Positions 47,714 to 56,521 of a stretch of DNA of 64,000 bases are shown piece after piece. The stretch covers positions 1,489 through 65,488 of the forward strand of contig CALCZR010000059.1 in assembly GCA_937903325.1 (NCBI GenBank), given 5' to 3'. This stretch comes from an uncultured Candidatus Saccharibacteria bacterium. Lineage in GTDB: Bacteria; Patescibacteriota; Saccharimonadia; Saccharimonadales; AWTP1-31. The stretch's first letter is position 1. Each line of letters begins with the position of its first letter. A model generated the notes under the pieces. It worked only from the letters and a program-made list of their open reading frames with translations. It had not been told where the DNA came from and ran no database searches. A program made the translations under genes and the position numbers.

Positions 47714-48790
47714 ATGAGTTCACTATCTATCGGTATCGTCGGCCTACCAAATGTTGGCAAATCAACCTTGTTTAATGCCTTAACCGATAATGAGGTTCTG
47801 GCCGCAAACTACCCCTTCGCAACTATCGAACCAAATACAGGTATCGTGCCCGTCCCCGACGAACGACTTACCAATCTTGGTGAGTTATATAAGACGCAAA
47901 AGATTGTTCCAGCTACTGTTACCTTTGTCGATATTGCTGGCCTTGTCGCGGGCGCCAGCCAGGGCGAAGGTTTAGGCAACCAATTCTTAAGCCATATTCG
48001 CAGTACGAATGCCATTGTGCACGTAGTGCGTGCTTTTGAAGATAATGACATTCAGCATGTCGACGAGCAGCATGATCCTAAGAAAGACATGGAGGTTATT
48101 AACACTGAACTTATCCTGGCCGATCTGCAAACCATCGAAAAACGCCTCCCTAAGTTCGAAAAAGAAGCCCGTGCTAATCCAAAGCTAAAGCCAGTCCTCG
48201 ACACCTACCAGAAACTTAAAGAAGGACTCGACAACGGTAAGTTAGCCTCACAGTTAGACATCGATCCTGAGCACATCTCGGATCTGCAGCTCATAACTGC
48301 TAAACCGGTCATTTATGTGTTCAATGTAGATGAAGATACCCTTGGCAACGAAGCAAAGAAACAGGAACTTACCTCACTGGTAGCACCATCTCAGTGTCTG
48401 TTCATCTGCGCTAAGCTAGAAAGCGAGTTACGAGGCCTCGACGATGCTGACCGTGTGGAGCTACTCGAGAGCTACGGACAAAACGAGTCTGGGCTTACTC
48501 AACTTATCCATGCCGCATATACCACCCTTGGCCTCCAAAGCTACCTCACAGCTGGCGAGAAAGAAGTCCGCGCCTGGACCATCAAACAAGGCTCCACTGC
48601 CCCGCAGGCGGCAGGTGTCATTCACGGTGACTTTGAACGAGGTTTCATTGCTGCCCAGGTCGTCGACTACAATGACCTTATTGCTGTAGGCAGTGAACAG
48701 GCAGCCAAGTCTGCTGGCAAGGTCCGCACTGAAGGCAAAACCTATGTCATGCAGCCTGACGATGTCGTTGAGTTCCGCTTTAACGTATAA
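47714..48790 (+). CDS. ychF: redox-regulated ATPase YchF
   Basis: SIGIVGLPNVGKSTLFNALT, C-terminal TGS-like domain. The track start TTG 47678 is unlikely; the ATG at 47714 lies 7 nt after TATAAT (47701-47706). Confidence 0.92.
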   Translation: MSSLSIGIVGLPNVGKSTLFNALTDNEVLAANYPFATIEPNTGIVPVPDERLTNLGELYKTQKIVPATVTFVDIAGLVAGASQGEGLGNQFLSHIRSTNAIVHVVRAFEDNDIQHVDEQHDPKKDMEVINTELILADLQTIEKRLPKFEKEARANPKLKPVLDTYQKLKEGLDNGKLASQLDIDPEHISDLQLITAKPVIYVFNVDEDTLGNEAKKQELTSLVAPSQCLFICAKLESELRGLDDADRVELLESYGQNESGLTQLIHAAYTTLGLQSYLTAGEKEVRAWTIKQGSTAPQAAGVIHGDFERGFIAAQVVDYNDLIAVGSEQAAKSAGKVRTEGKTYVMQPDDVVEFRFNV

Positions 48791-48827
48791 GCACCCACCC
48801 CATTACCCTACTAAATAAACCGACTGC

Positions 48828-49493
48828 CTACGTGGCCTGGACGGTCCAATCTCTCACCATTTCCTGCACTATCCGCACGATTACTTCGTGGTCAGGTAAA
48901 TGGTTCTGCTCGTAATAATGGTCGGTACCCATAAAGTTCTGAATAACACTTAAGCACGCTATGTCATCGGCTAAGATGTGCATACGGTCTACTACATTAA
49001 CGCTCGCAAACGGTGTAGCAATAATCAGGTTCTTAACTTTTACTGACTTAAGAAACAACACTGCAGCATCTATCGAAGCCACGCTTCCGAGCCCATCTGC
49101 CACCAAGATCACCGTATGCCCCCGTAGTAGGTCTTTGCGGATCAACTCGTTACTACCGAGCAGCCGGTGCATTTTACTCAGCTTTTCTAGCTTTTGCTGC
49201 TCAAACATATGGTGGTATTCCATATCGAATTCATCATGTTGGCCCTGTGAATAGGAGCTGTTCTGGCTGTATATGCCAGACTGGTCAATACTTGCTACCG
49301 CATCCGGCTCTCCCGGGGCGTGGATCTGCTCTGCCAGTAGCATGGTGATAGGACACTTTAGTTTCTGGGCTACCTGCGCCGCTACTACAACTGCACCATC
49401 TGACAGGGCTACCAGCGTACAGCGCTTGCCCTTATATTTCAGCAGTACATCCGCCAGCTGGTTGCCGGCTTCAGTTCGATTAGTAAAATACAT
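48828..49493 (-). CDS. phosphoribosyltransferase-family protein
   Basis: FTNRTEAGNQLA...VALSDGAVVVAAQVA...TVILVADGLGS (PRPP-loop-like but degenerate). Confidence 0.6.
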   Translation of the reverse strand: MYFTNRTEAGNQLADVLLKYKGKRCTLVALSDGAVVVAAQVAQKLKCPITMLLAEQIHAPGEPDAVASIDQSGIYSQNSSYSQGQHDEFDMEYHHMFEQQKLEKLSKMHRLLGSNELIRKDLLRGHTVILVADGLGSVASIDAAVLFLKSVKVKNLIIATPFASVNVVDRMHILADDIACLSVIQNFMGTDHYYEQNHLPDHEVIVRIVQEMVRDWTVQAT

Positions 49494-49521
49494 TTCCTAA
49501 CTATTTTACTTAGTTCTTATG

Positions 49522-50301
49522 CTACTGCCTAGCCTGAGCTGCTAGTTTTAATAGATAAAATCGTTCACGGTTCCCTTTAGCCCCTGCTACATCTGAGTCA
49601 GCTTTATCCACTAAGACAAAGAGCCGCCGAGCCCATTGTTCAAAACCCTGCAGGATATCCCGGCGTACTCGTTCGTTCTTAATGACTCCGTTATGCTTCA
49701 CGTTACTGTTACGCGCTTCAAACTGCGGCTTCACCATAGCCACGATCTGGGTCTGCTTACCGCACAGTCGTGCCACCGACGGCAGTATTTCTTGCAGGCT
49801 AATGAAAGATACATCTGCAACGACTAGGTCAATATTCTGACTTGTTTTAAAGTCACGAATGTCCGTTTGTTCATGCAATTCAATCTGTGGGTTGCCGTGC
49901 AAACTAGAATGTAGCTGGTTTTTACCTAGTTCTACGGCCAAAACCTTTTTAGCCCCATGCTTCAATGCATAATCCGTAAAACCACCCGTAGATGACCCCA
50001 CATCTAGAACAACCTTATCCCGAAAGTCAAGCCGTAGTTTCTCGGCAACAGAAGCTAGTTTGAGCCCTGCTCGACTAACATATTGTTCAGTAGCCGTCAG
50101 TTGTACCTCATCCGATTCCCAAACCAATGTACCCGCCCTTGTCACAGCCTTACCATTAACTGTGACTTTACCAAGTTTAATAAAGCTCTCGGCCTGACTT
50201 CGTGAAACCACCAAGCCTTTGGCTACTAGTACGTGGTCTAGTCTAGTCTTTGACTCGTTCACGGTACGCACCAGTTGCAGTATCGACGCTAATAAGATCA
50301 C
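49522..50301 (-). CDS. tlyA: TlyA-family rRNA 2'-O-methyltransferase
   Basis: S4 domain TRLDHVLVAKGLVVSRSQAESFIKLGKVTVNG plus FtsJ-type VLDVGSSTGGFTD. The true start is probably the GTG at 50262. Confidence 0.85.
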   Translation of the reverse strand: MILLASILQLVRTVNESKTRLDHVLVAKGLVVSRSQAESFIKLGKVTVNGKAVTRAGTLVWESDEVQLTATEQYVSRAGLKLASVAEKLRLDFRDKVVLDVGSSTGGFTDYALKHGAKKVLAVELGKNQLHSSLHGNPQIELHEQTDIRDFKTSQNIDLVVADVSFISLQEILPSVARLCGKQTQIVAMVKPQFEARNSNVKHNGVIKNERVRRDILQGFEQWARRLFVLVDKADSDVAGAKGNRERFYLLKLAAQARQ

Positions 50302-50809
50302 CCTGCTTAATAAATGCTGGTACCTTTACGGTAATACCGGTCTCAAGTTCTGCATTCTTAAGTACGCTACTTGTAGTATCGCCTTTAACTACATCTTCAG
50401 TATAGGTAACTTTTAGTGGTACGTTCTTTGGGAGTTCGATATTAATAACGCGGTCATCAAAGAGTTGGGCCTGGACTTGGTCACCTTCTTTAAGGTACCC
50501 CGCTTGGTCTCCCATAAGGTCAGCAGATACTTCAAACTGCTCAAAGGTCTCTTCGTTCATGTAGTAGAACGTTGCACTATCGTTATACAGGTACTGAACG
50601 TTCTGGTTAGTTACATCAGCATAATCAAGTTGTTCGTTCCCCTTAAATGTCTTGGACAGCACGCTACCATCAATCAAACTTTTAATACGGACGTTCACAA
50701 TTGATCCGCCTCGTCCCATAACTTTTTGCGAATACTCAACTACACGGTATGGCACACCCTCCATCTGGAAGATCACGCCTTTTTTTAAATCAGTAATACC
50801 TAGGGCCAT
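50243..50809 (-). CDS. efp: elongation factor P
   Basis: 188 aa; three OB-like domains; loop KVMGRGGS occupies the position of E. coli KPGKGQA. Confidence 0.92.
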   Translation of the reverse strand: MALGITDLKKGVIFQMEGVPYRVVEYSQKVMGRGGSIVNVRIKSLIDGSVLSKTFKGNEQLDYADVTNQNVQYLYNDSATFYYMNEETFEQFEVSADLMGDQAGYLKEGDQVQAQLFDDRVINIELPKNVPLKVTYTEDVVKGDTTSSVLKNAELETGITVKVPAFIKQGDLISVDTATGAYRERVKD

Positions 50810-50818
50810 TGGGTCTCC

Positions 50819-51103
50819 TTAACTTATGCTGCGCAGCATATCACGCATTTGGTTTGAGTGTTTTAGTAGTTCATCGCGGTGTCGGTAATCCATAACGACG
50901 TCATCAACAAATGCTTCAAGGCGTTTAATGACTTCCTTGACTCGATTCTCAAGACTGAGAGGGTGTTTCTGTTGGCGAATTTCAGTGATCAGGGTTTCTA
51001 CTTCTCGAACAAGTGCCTGCGCAATGGCATTGCCTGGCTCGTCTAGGTAGCCACTTCGAAGTTTGTTTTGAATAAATTCTGCTGTCTTGCGTACTTCGTC
51101 CAT
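50819..51103 (-). CDS. hypothetical small helical protein
   Basis: 94-aa ORF; its start shares 1 nt with the upstream ORF's stop. Confidence 0.55.
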   Translation of the reverse strand: MDEVRKTAEFIQNKLRSGYLDEPGNAIAQALVREVETLITEIRQQKHPLSLENRVKEVIKRLEAFVDDVVMDYRHRDELLKHSNQMRDMLRSIS

Positions 51104-51456
51104 TACAGTTCTCCTCCCTCTATTGTACTAAGTAGGTCATGAAGCTCATCGAGATCTTTGCTGCCAATAAGCCCGGTTATACCAGCGGTATGGATTTGCC
51201 CAGCAATCTTTTGAACCAGGTCAGCTTGATCTTCGGCTCTTGCCATTTTCAGTCGAGCAATATCATTGAGTAAGTCTTGCTCAAAGCGTGGTGGTAGTGA
51301 GAGAAAACTGCCAAGCGTTTTAGCCGCAGAATGACTTTGCGTCATACTGTAGACCCGTTGCCACAATTTATCTATTTTTTCACTACCTGCCACGCCATAC
51401 TCCCGCTTGCTATTAGTTATTAGCAACAAAAGGTAGCAGTGCAATGTGTCGTGCAC
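51103..51456 (-). CDS. hypothetical small protein (start uncertain)
   Basis: The 117-aa track ORF overlaps the rpsR 3' end by 44 nt. Met38 (51345) is a plausible true start. Confidence 0.5.
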   Translation of the reverse strand: MHDTLHCYLLLLITNSKREYGVAGSEKIDKLWQRVYSMTQSHSAAKTLGSFLSLPPRFEQDLLNDIARLKMARAEDQADLVQKIAGQIHTAGITGLIGSKDLDELHDLLSTIEGGEL

Positions 51457-51616
51457 GCTTGATAGCTACTGCAAGATGACGTTGCTGACTTTCAGTCAGA
51501 CCAGTCTTCTTACGAGTTTCGATCTGCCCATATACGTTTACGTAACGCTGTAGGGTCTTAAAGTCCTTGTAGTCAAAGAAGGCTACATCGGTTCGATTCT
51601 TAAATATCTTTGCCAT
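51413..51616 (-). CDS. rpsR: 30S ribosomal protein S18
   Basis: [50 protein letters not shown]. Confidence 0.93.
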   Translation of the reverse strand: MAKIFKNRTDVAFFDYKDFKTLQRYVNVYGQIETRKKTGLTESQQRHLAVAIKRARHIALLPFVANN

Positions 51617-51641
51617 TACTTATCCTTATTCGTTAGTTGAG

Positions 51642-52124
51642 CTAGAAAGGAATGTCATCGAGGTTGATTGGCTCATCACCAATGTCTTCGATCTGGATGT
51701 CATCCGATTTCTTAGCTGATTTTTTTGGAGCTGGTGAGCTAGCTGCCGGTGCTTGGCTAAAGCCACCACCATTACCGCCACCTTCACCTTCTCCGCGTCC
51801 GCCGAGGAATGTTACATCCTGAGCGTTCACTTCTACCTTGCTGCGCTTCTGCCCGTCTTGTTCCCAAGCTCGGCTCTGTAAGCGTCCATTTACGAGTACT
51901 GGGCGACCTTTGGTAACATATTGAGCTACTCGCTCGCCAAGTGGACCCCATGCGACTACATCTATGTAGTCAGTGGCCTCTTGCCAGTTACCATCTGCAC
52001 CCTTGAAGCTCCGGTTAAGAGCGAGGCTAAACGTACATACGCTTTGCCCGCTTGGTATTTGTCGGACTTCAGGATCCCGAGTTAGGTTCCCCATTAATAT
52101 TACTTGGTTAAAGCTACGTGCCAT
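51642..52124 (-). CDS. ssb: single-stranded DNA-binding protein
   Basis: OB fold NQVILMGNLTRDPEVR; Gly-rich linker; C-terminal DDIPF. Confidence 0.93.
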   Translation of the reverse strand: MARSFNQVILMGNLTRDPEVRQIPSGQSVCTFSLALNRSFKGADGNWQEATDYIDVVAWGPLGERVAQYVTKGRPVLVNGRLQSRAWEQDGQKRSKVEVNAQDVTFLGGRGEGEGGGNGGGFSQAPAASSPAPKKSAKKSDDIQIEDIGDEPINLDDIPF

Positions 52125-52215
52125 GTGGCATTCCCTCCTGAGAAACTATGTTCTCTATTAATTTGTACTCCCACCGTACCGCCGACAATACTCGGCCGTC
52201 AAGTAGATATTTCTA

Positions 52216-52596
52216 CTATTCTTCGTCTTTAGCTTCTTCGTCAGCCTGGTCACCACGTTCAGCCGCTTTAGCAGCTTTCTCAGCCTTGGCAGCTTCTGCT
52301 TTCGCAATAGCCTTCAGGTCAGGACGTGTGATCAGGAAACGAATGACTTCGTCGGTAATGTTAAGCAAAGATTCAGTCTTTGCAACACCCGTACCAGGCA
52401 TTTCTACGGTGTAAAATACGTAGACAGCGTGCTCTTGCTTAGCGATTGTGTAAGCGAGCTTTCGCTTGCCCCAGTTATCGGTAGCAGTGATCTTACCACC
52501 GTTATCTGCAATAATCTTAGCAACTTTGGCTTCTGCCTTGCTTAGATCTACCTCTAGATCAGGGTGATATAACACAGCAATTTCATACTGGTTCAT
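52216..52596 (-). CDS. rpsF: 30S ribosomal protein S6
   Basis: MNQYEIAVLYHPDLE...WGKRKLAYTI; acidic/Ala-Lys-rich tail. Confidence 0.92.
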   Translation of the reverse strand: MNQYEIAVLYHPDLEVDLSKAEAKVAKIIADNGGKITATDNWGKRKLAYTIAKQEHAVYVFYTVEMPGTGVAKTESLLNITDEVIRFLITRPDLKAIAKAEAAKAEKAAKAAERGDQADEEAKDEE

Positions 52597-52667
52597 TGAT
52601 GTTCCTTCCTCTGGTTAAAGCCTACGTTCACTAGGGGACGTAAGCCGAAGTTTATATAACAGGGGTA

Positions 52668-52696
52668 ATTATACTAGATTACCGGGTATAAATCAA
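52668..52696 (-). promoter_or_regulatory. rpsF operon promoter
   Basis: The minus strand reads TTGATT, a 17-nt spacer, then TATAAT. It is followed by a leader hairpin GGCTTACGT...ACGTAGGCT. Confidence 0.6.
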
Positions 52697-52708
52697 CCAG
52701 AGATTAGG

Positions 52709-53293
52709 CTAGTTAGTCTGCGATCCGAGATACGCAACAAACCGGTCTAAAATCTGTTGGGGCACCTGAACGGCGGGCGTGTACACCTGGTCCTGTGTTT
52801 CGGAATTCCTAACATCATCTACGATTCTATTGATCTCTTCAGGCTGAGAGTAGACATAGGTTGTCCCCTCTGAAGGGTTACGTCGTTCTTTCGTACTTAC
52901 ACCCAAATACTGTTCAACCAGCCTTTCCCAATCTTCAGTCTCAGGTATTGGCGGGAAATACACCGGGGATACTGAGTCATCTTTTCCTATATAGACTTCA
53001 AGGCTCTCTCTTGTAATCATCCCCTGTTGATCACTTGGGCAATACGCACTAACTTCGACCATATTGGCACCCGGGTGCACCGTCTGCATAGGGCCTTGGT
53101 CATCGAGTGAGGTACCTAGTACCACTACTAGTAGATTGTCGGTCACCAGAAAGCCCTTGCGTGTCGGTATTAACTTCTCACCTTTCGCATCCAAACCCAG
53201 ATAACCAAAGAACGCTTGGCCTGCTTGAGCTAGACTTTCACGCGTAGCCGTTTCCTTGCTTGGCTCGCTGGGGATTGGCCCTCTATCGGTCAT
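52709..53293 (-). CDS. hypothetical acidic protein
   Basis: 194-aa ORF; 4-nt overlap with the ftsK stop. Confidence 0.6.
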   Translation of the reverse strand: MTDRGPIPSEPSKETATRESLAQAGQAFFGYLGLDAKGEKLIPTRKGFLVTDNLLVVVLGTSLDDQGPMQTVHPGANMVEVSAYCPSDQQGMITRESLEVYIGKDDSVSPVYFPPIPETEDWERLVEQYLGVSTKERRNPSEGTTYVYSQPEEINRIVDDVRNSETQDQVYTPAVQVPQQILDRFVAYLGSQTN

Positions 53294-55494
53294 AGCTGGC
53301 CTTGGTCATCATCTGGCATATCGTCATACACATCTCCGCCACCATCTGCGGGAGCAGCCACGCCGCCGCCAAAGACTTCATCAATGCTGTGCACTAATAC
53401 TTCTCGTGGGCGAGAACCATCTGCTGGCCCCACAATGCCCTGCTCTTCCATAGACTCGATCATACGAGCAGCCTTGCCATACCCAATACGCAGACGTCGC
53501 TGCAGGAGGCTTGTGCTAGCTTTGTTAGCCTGGATAACTGCTTCGACTGCCTGGCGGAATATAGGTTCATCTGCAGCATCTACGTCGGCCACAATACCAC
53601 CCTTGCCGTTAAGCTGTACTGGCTGACTTACAACCTCTTGGTCGTAGGCTGGTGGTCGCTGTTCACGAATGAAGTCTGTAACCTTGTTGGTTTCATTGTC
53701 ATCAATAAAGGCACCCTGCACACGCATTGGCTTCGGCATACTTGCGGTGAGTAGCAACATGTCACCCTTACCAAGCAGTTTCTCTGCACCCATCTGGTCA
53801 ATAATGGTACGTGAGTCAATCTGGCTAGCAGTCGTAAAAGCGATACGAGCTGGTACGTTAGCCTTGATCAGACCGGTAATAACATCCACAGATGGACGCT
53901 GGGTAGCAAGCACCAAGTGAATACCAACAGCACGAGCCTTCTGGGCAATACGCACGATCAGAGCTTCAACGTCACGAGCGGCCATCATCATAAGGTCGGC
54001 TAGCTCATCAATAACCACCACGATATATGGCATACCTTCTTCTTGCTTCTTGTTGTTGTACTCAACAATATTACGCACTCGTACTTCACTGAGCGTCTTG
54101 TAGCGGCGCTCCATCTCTGCCACCGTCCACTTGAGAGCACTAATACACTTCTCGGGCTCGGTAATAACAGGCGTTAGGAGATGTGGAATGTCGTCATATG
54201 GTTTAAGTTCTACCTGCTTTGGATCCACTAAGATAAGCTTGAGGTCTGCTGGGCTGTTACGGTATAGCATGCTGGTTAGAATGGTGTTAATCATAACGGA
54301 CTTACCGGAACCGGTCTGTCCAGCTACCAGAAGGTGCGGCATTTTAGCCAAGTCATTAATAATCGGCTTACCAGCAATATCTCGTCCAATGGCGAAGGCT
54401 AACGGGCTGCCCTCGTGCTCTTTCCACTCTTTAGATTCCAGCATGCCGCTCATACGCACCGTAGCAGGCTTGAGGTTAGGCACTTCAATACCAACCAGCT
54501 TCTTACCAGGAATCGGTGCTTCTATACGGATAGAAGTAGCCGCTAGATCCAACGCAATGTTGTTCTCGAGCGCTGTAATCTTAGTGAGCTTAGTACCGGC
54601 TGGTGGCTTCAGGGTGTACTGGGTAACACTTGGGCCAATATTAGCCCCTTCCATTTCCACGCCAATACTGAAGTTGTCAAAGGTTTCTTGGATAGTACGG
54701 GCGTTACCTTCTACATCCCCTGCATCTGCCTTATCTTGTTTGTGGCTGAGTAGATCGGTGGATGGCAGCTTCCAGTTGGGGTCACTAGCAATAGTGAGAG
54801 CACTGTGCGCCTCAGCAGGTGCAAGTTTTTGTGCAGTGTTCCGTAATGAACTCATACGAGCTGGCTGCTGAGTACCATGGTGCTCCACTGGTACGCCTTC
54901 GTTCATCTTAAAGGAAGATGGTTCACTACGTCGTTTTAGTTCATCTAGATCAGTATCTTCACTTGGCGTACCTCTAAACAAGTTAGCAAAACGGAGGATT
55001 TCCTTAGGAGAGATGCCAAAAGCGAAGAAGAATGCCAGTACACCGAATACAAAGAACATCAGTGCTGCCGGCACCATGTCGATAGCATTCAGGACCACTC
55101 CACCGATAAGCTTGCCTACTTCACCACCCTTACCGTCCGTTACGGTACCGAGTGTGTCTTCAGTAGCAGTAATAACATGCAAGAAACTAGCCGTCAGGCT
55201 CAAGCCAAGCAGCATACTCACAAAATTACCTAAGGGGATTTGGTGGTCTTCGCTATTGAACTTAATAACACCAAAATAGACCAAGGCAAACGGCGTAAGT
55301 AACGCTCCCCAGCCGAGTGTCCAGGATGCGCCTGCGTATAGACCCTTAGGCAACGTTCCACCCGTGCCAAAAGCACCGAGCAGCGTAAAGATAGCCAACA
55401 GGATCATAATAATCGCACCAGCCATTGGCCAGAACGGAGATCGCTCCTGCACTTCTACCTTTTTCTTTCGTGTTTGTTTTTTCTTTTTTGCCAT
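53290..55494 (-). CDS. ftsK: DNA translocase FtsK
   Basis: N-terminal 4-5 TM helices; VAGQTGSGKSVMINTIL, VVVIDELADLMM; gamma-domain LLQRRLRIGYGKAARMIE. Confidence 0.95.
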   Translation of the reverse strand: MAKKKKQTRKKKVEVQERSPFWPMAGAIIMILLAIFTLLGAFGTGGTLPKGLYAGASWTLGWGALLTPFALVYFGVIKFNSEDHQIPLGNFVSMLLGLSLTASFLHVITATEDTLGTVTDGKGGEVGKLIGGVVLNAIDMVPAALMFFVFGVLAFFFAFGISPKEILRFANLFRGTPSEDTDLDELKRRSEPSSFKMNEGVPVEHHGTQQPARMSSLRNTAQKLAPAEAHSALTIASDPNWKLPSTDLLSHKQDKADAGDVEGNARTIQETFDNFSIGVEMEGANIGPSVTQYTLKPPAGTKLTKITALENNIALDLAATSIRIEAPIPGKKLVGIEVPNLKPATVRMSGMLESKEWKEHEGSPLAFAIGRDIAGKPIINDLAKMPHLLVAGQTGSGKSVMINTILTSMLYRNSPADLKLILVDPKQVELKPYDDIPHLLTPVITEPEKCISALKWTVAEMERRYKTLSEVRVRNIVEYNNKKQEEGMPYIVVVIDELADLMMMAARDVEALIVRIAQKARAVGIHLVLATQRPSVDVITGLIKANVPARIAFTTASQIDSRTIIDQMGAEKLLGKGDMLLLTASMPKPMRVQGAFIDDNETNKVTDFIREQRPPAYDQEVVSQPVQLNGKGGIVADVDAADEPIFRQAVEAVIQANKASTSLLQRRLRIGYGKAARMIESMEEQGIVGPADGSRPREVLVHSIDEVFGGGVAAPADGGGDVYDDMPDDDQGQL

Positions 55495-55514
55495 TACCGG
55501 ATTATTATATCACC

Positions 55515-55835
55515 TTAATCATCTGTGGGTTGTGGTCTTTTTCTGCCGTTAACATACGCCGCAATTGAATCCTTTGTGATAGTTGTGATGTTTGGATCAA
55601 CAAGCCATGCCGATAGTTGCTTATCATCGTAATCACCCCAGACCCTATCAGGCATAGCTTCTGCCTCGTTTTTCACCTGTGCCCTAGCTGCAATTGCCGC
55701 AATCTCCTCAAGTCGCTCTGGCGTAGTGCTCGGATTCATCAGTTCGGCAAGTAGTGAATCCCTAACAAGTTCGATGTGGTGTACTTGCTCGGCAGGATTT
55801 GTGCCCTCTGGATTTCCTAATTCATTCATAGCCAT
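55515..55835 (-). CDS. hypothetical acidic protein
   Basis: 106-aa ORF. The promoter geometry favours Met3 (55829) as a leaderless start. Confidence 0.6.
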   Translation of the reverse strand: MAMNELGNPEGTNPAEQVHHIELVRDSLLAELMNPSTTPERLEEIAAIAARAQVKNEAEAMPDRVWGDYDDKQLSAWLVDPNITTITKDSIAAYVNGRKRPQPTDD

Positions 55836-55864
55836 ATTATAGCAAAAACTACAACAAATGTCAA
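55836..55864 (-). promoter_or_regulatory. perfect-consensus promoter TTGACA-17-TATAAT abutting the ORF start
   Basis: The minus strand reads TTGACA (55864-55859), 17 nt, TATAAT (55841-55836), then ATGGCTATG. The 7th nt after the -10 is the A of the second ATG. Confidence 0.65.
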
Positions 55865-55893
55865 TGCGCTCACGCTTAGATGCGCACTAGGTG

Positions 55894-56442
55894 CTATCCC
55901 TCTGCAGGATTCGCTACATCCATCATATCAAGCGCCTCGGTCATGAGCATTACGTGTCCAAGTGTAGCCTTGCCGTGGGCTACGACATCATCAAAACCAG
56001 GTGTAAAGTCATGGTAATCCCATCCTTTTTCGGGTACTAGCTCATCAGCGCTATAAATCATATGGGTATCACTTACCCTAGATGGCCCCGGTACCTTGAA
56101 ATGCTCTGCTTCTGGACCCACTACGACTGACCAGACTATTTTCTGAGAAAGTGAGATATCGGTATCTGGGATTACCTCTTCGGGACCAATATAGATCATC
56201 TCGGCTTCGGTATAGTCAAAGCTTGGTTCGAAGAAATCACCTTCCCAATGGCGTCGCCTGCGGACAAAACGAAGATCTATGTCTCGTTCCTCATCGCTAC
56301 CTACTAGCTCTTCTGTTTTTTGTGGACTATCAAGATCCGCAGCAATTTTGCCAATTCTGGCATTAACAGCTTCTACTTCTGCCTCAGTAGCAAGCCGATT
56401 TCGATTGTCGCTCGGATCCCTAGAGGATAATATCTCTGCCAT
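55894..56442 (-). CDS. hypothetical acidic protein
   Basis: 182-aa ORF; no motif recognised. Confidence 0.6.
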   Translation of the reverse strand: MAEILSSRDPSDNRNRLATEAEVEAVNARIGKIAADLDSPQKTEELVGSDEERDIDLRFVRRRRHWEGDFFEPSFDYTEAEMIYIGPEEVIPDTDISLSQKIVWSVVVGPEAEHFKVPGPSRVSDTHMIYSADELVPEKGWDYHDFTPGFDDVVAHGKATLGHVMLMTEALDMMDVANPAEG

Positions 56443-56452
56443 AATGAATAGT

Positions 56453-56481
56453 ATTATACCATAACATAAGTACTTTTACAA
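56453..56481 (-). promoter_or_regulatory. promoter TTGTAA-17-(TGG)TATAAT, 10 nt upstream of the ATG at 56442
   Basis: Read on the minus strand; no Shine-Dalgarno present. Confidence 0.55.
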
Positions 56482-56521
56482 TACTCTGCGAGCACCCTTT
56501 TTCTGGGCTGGAGATGCCCGA

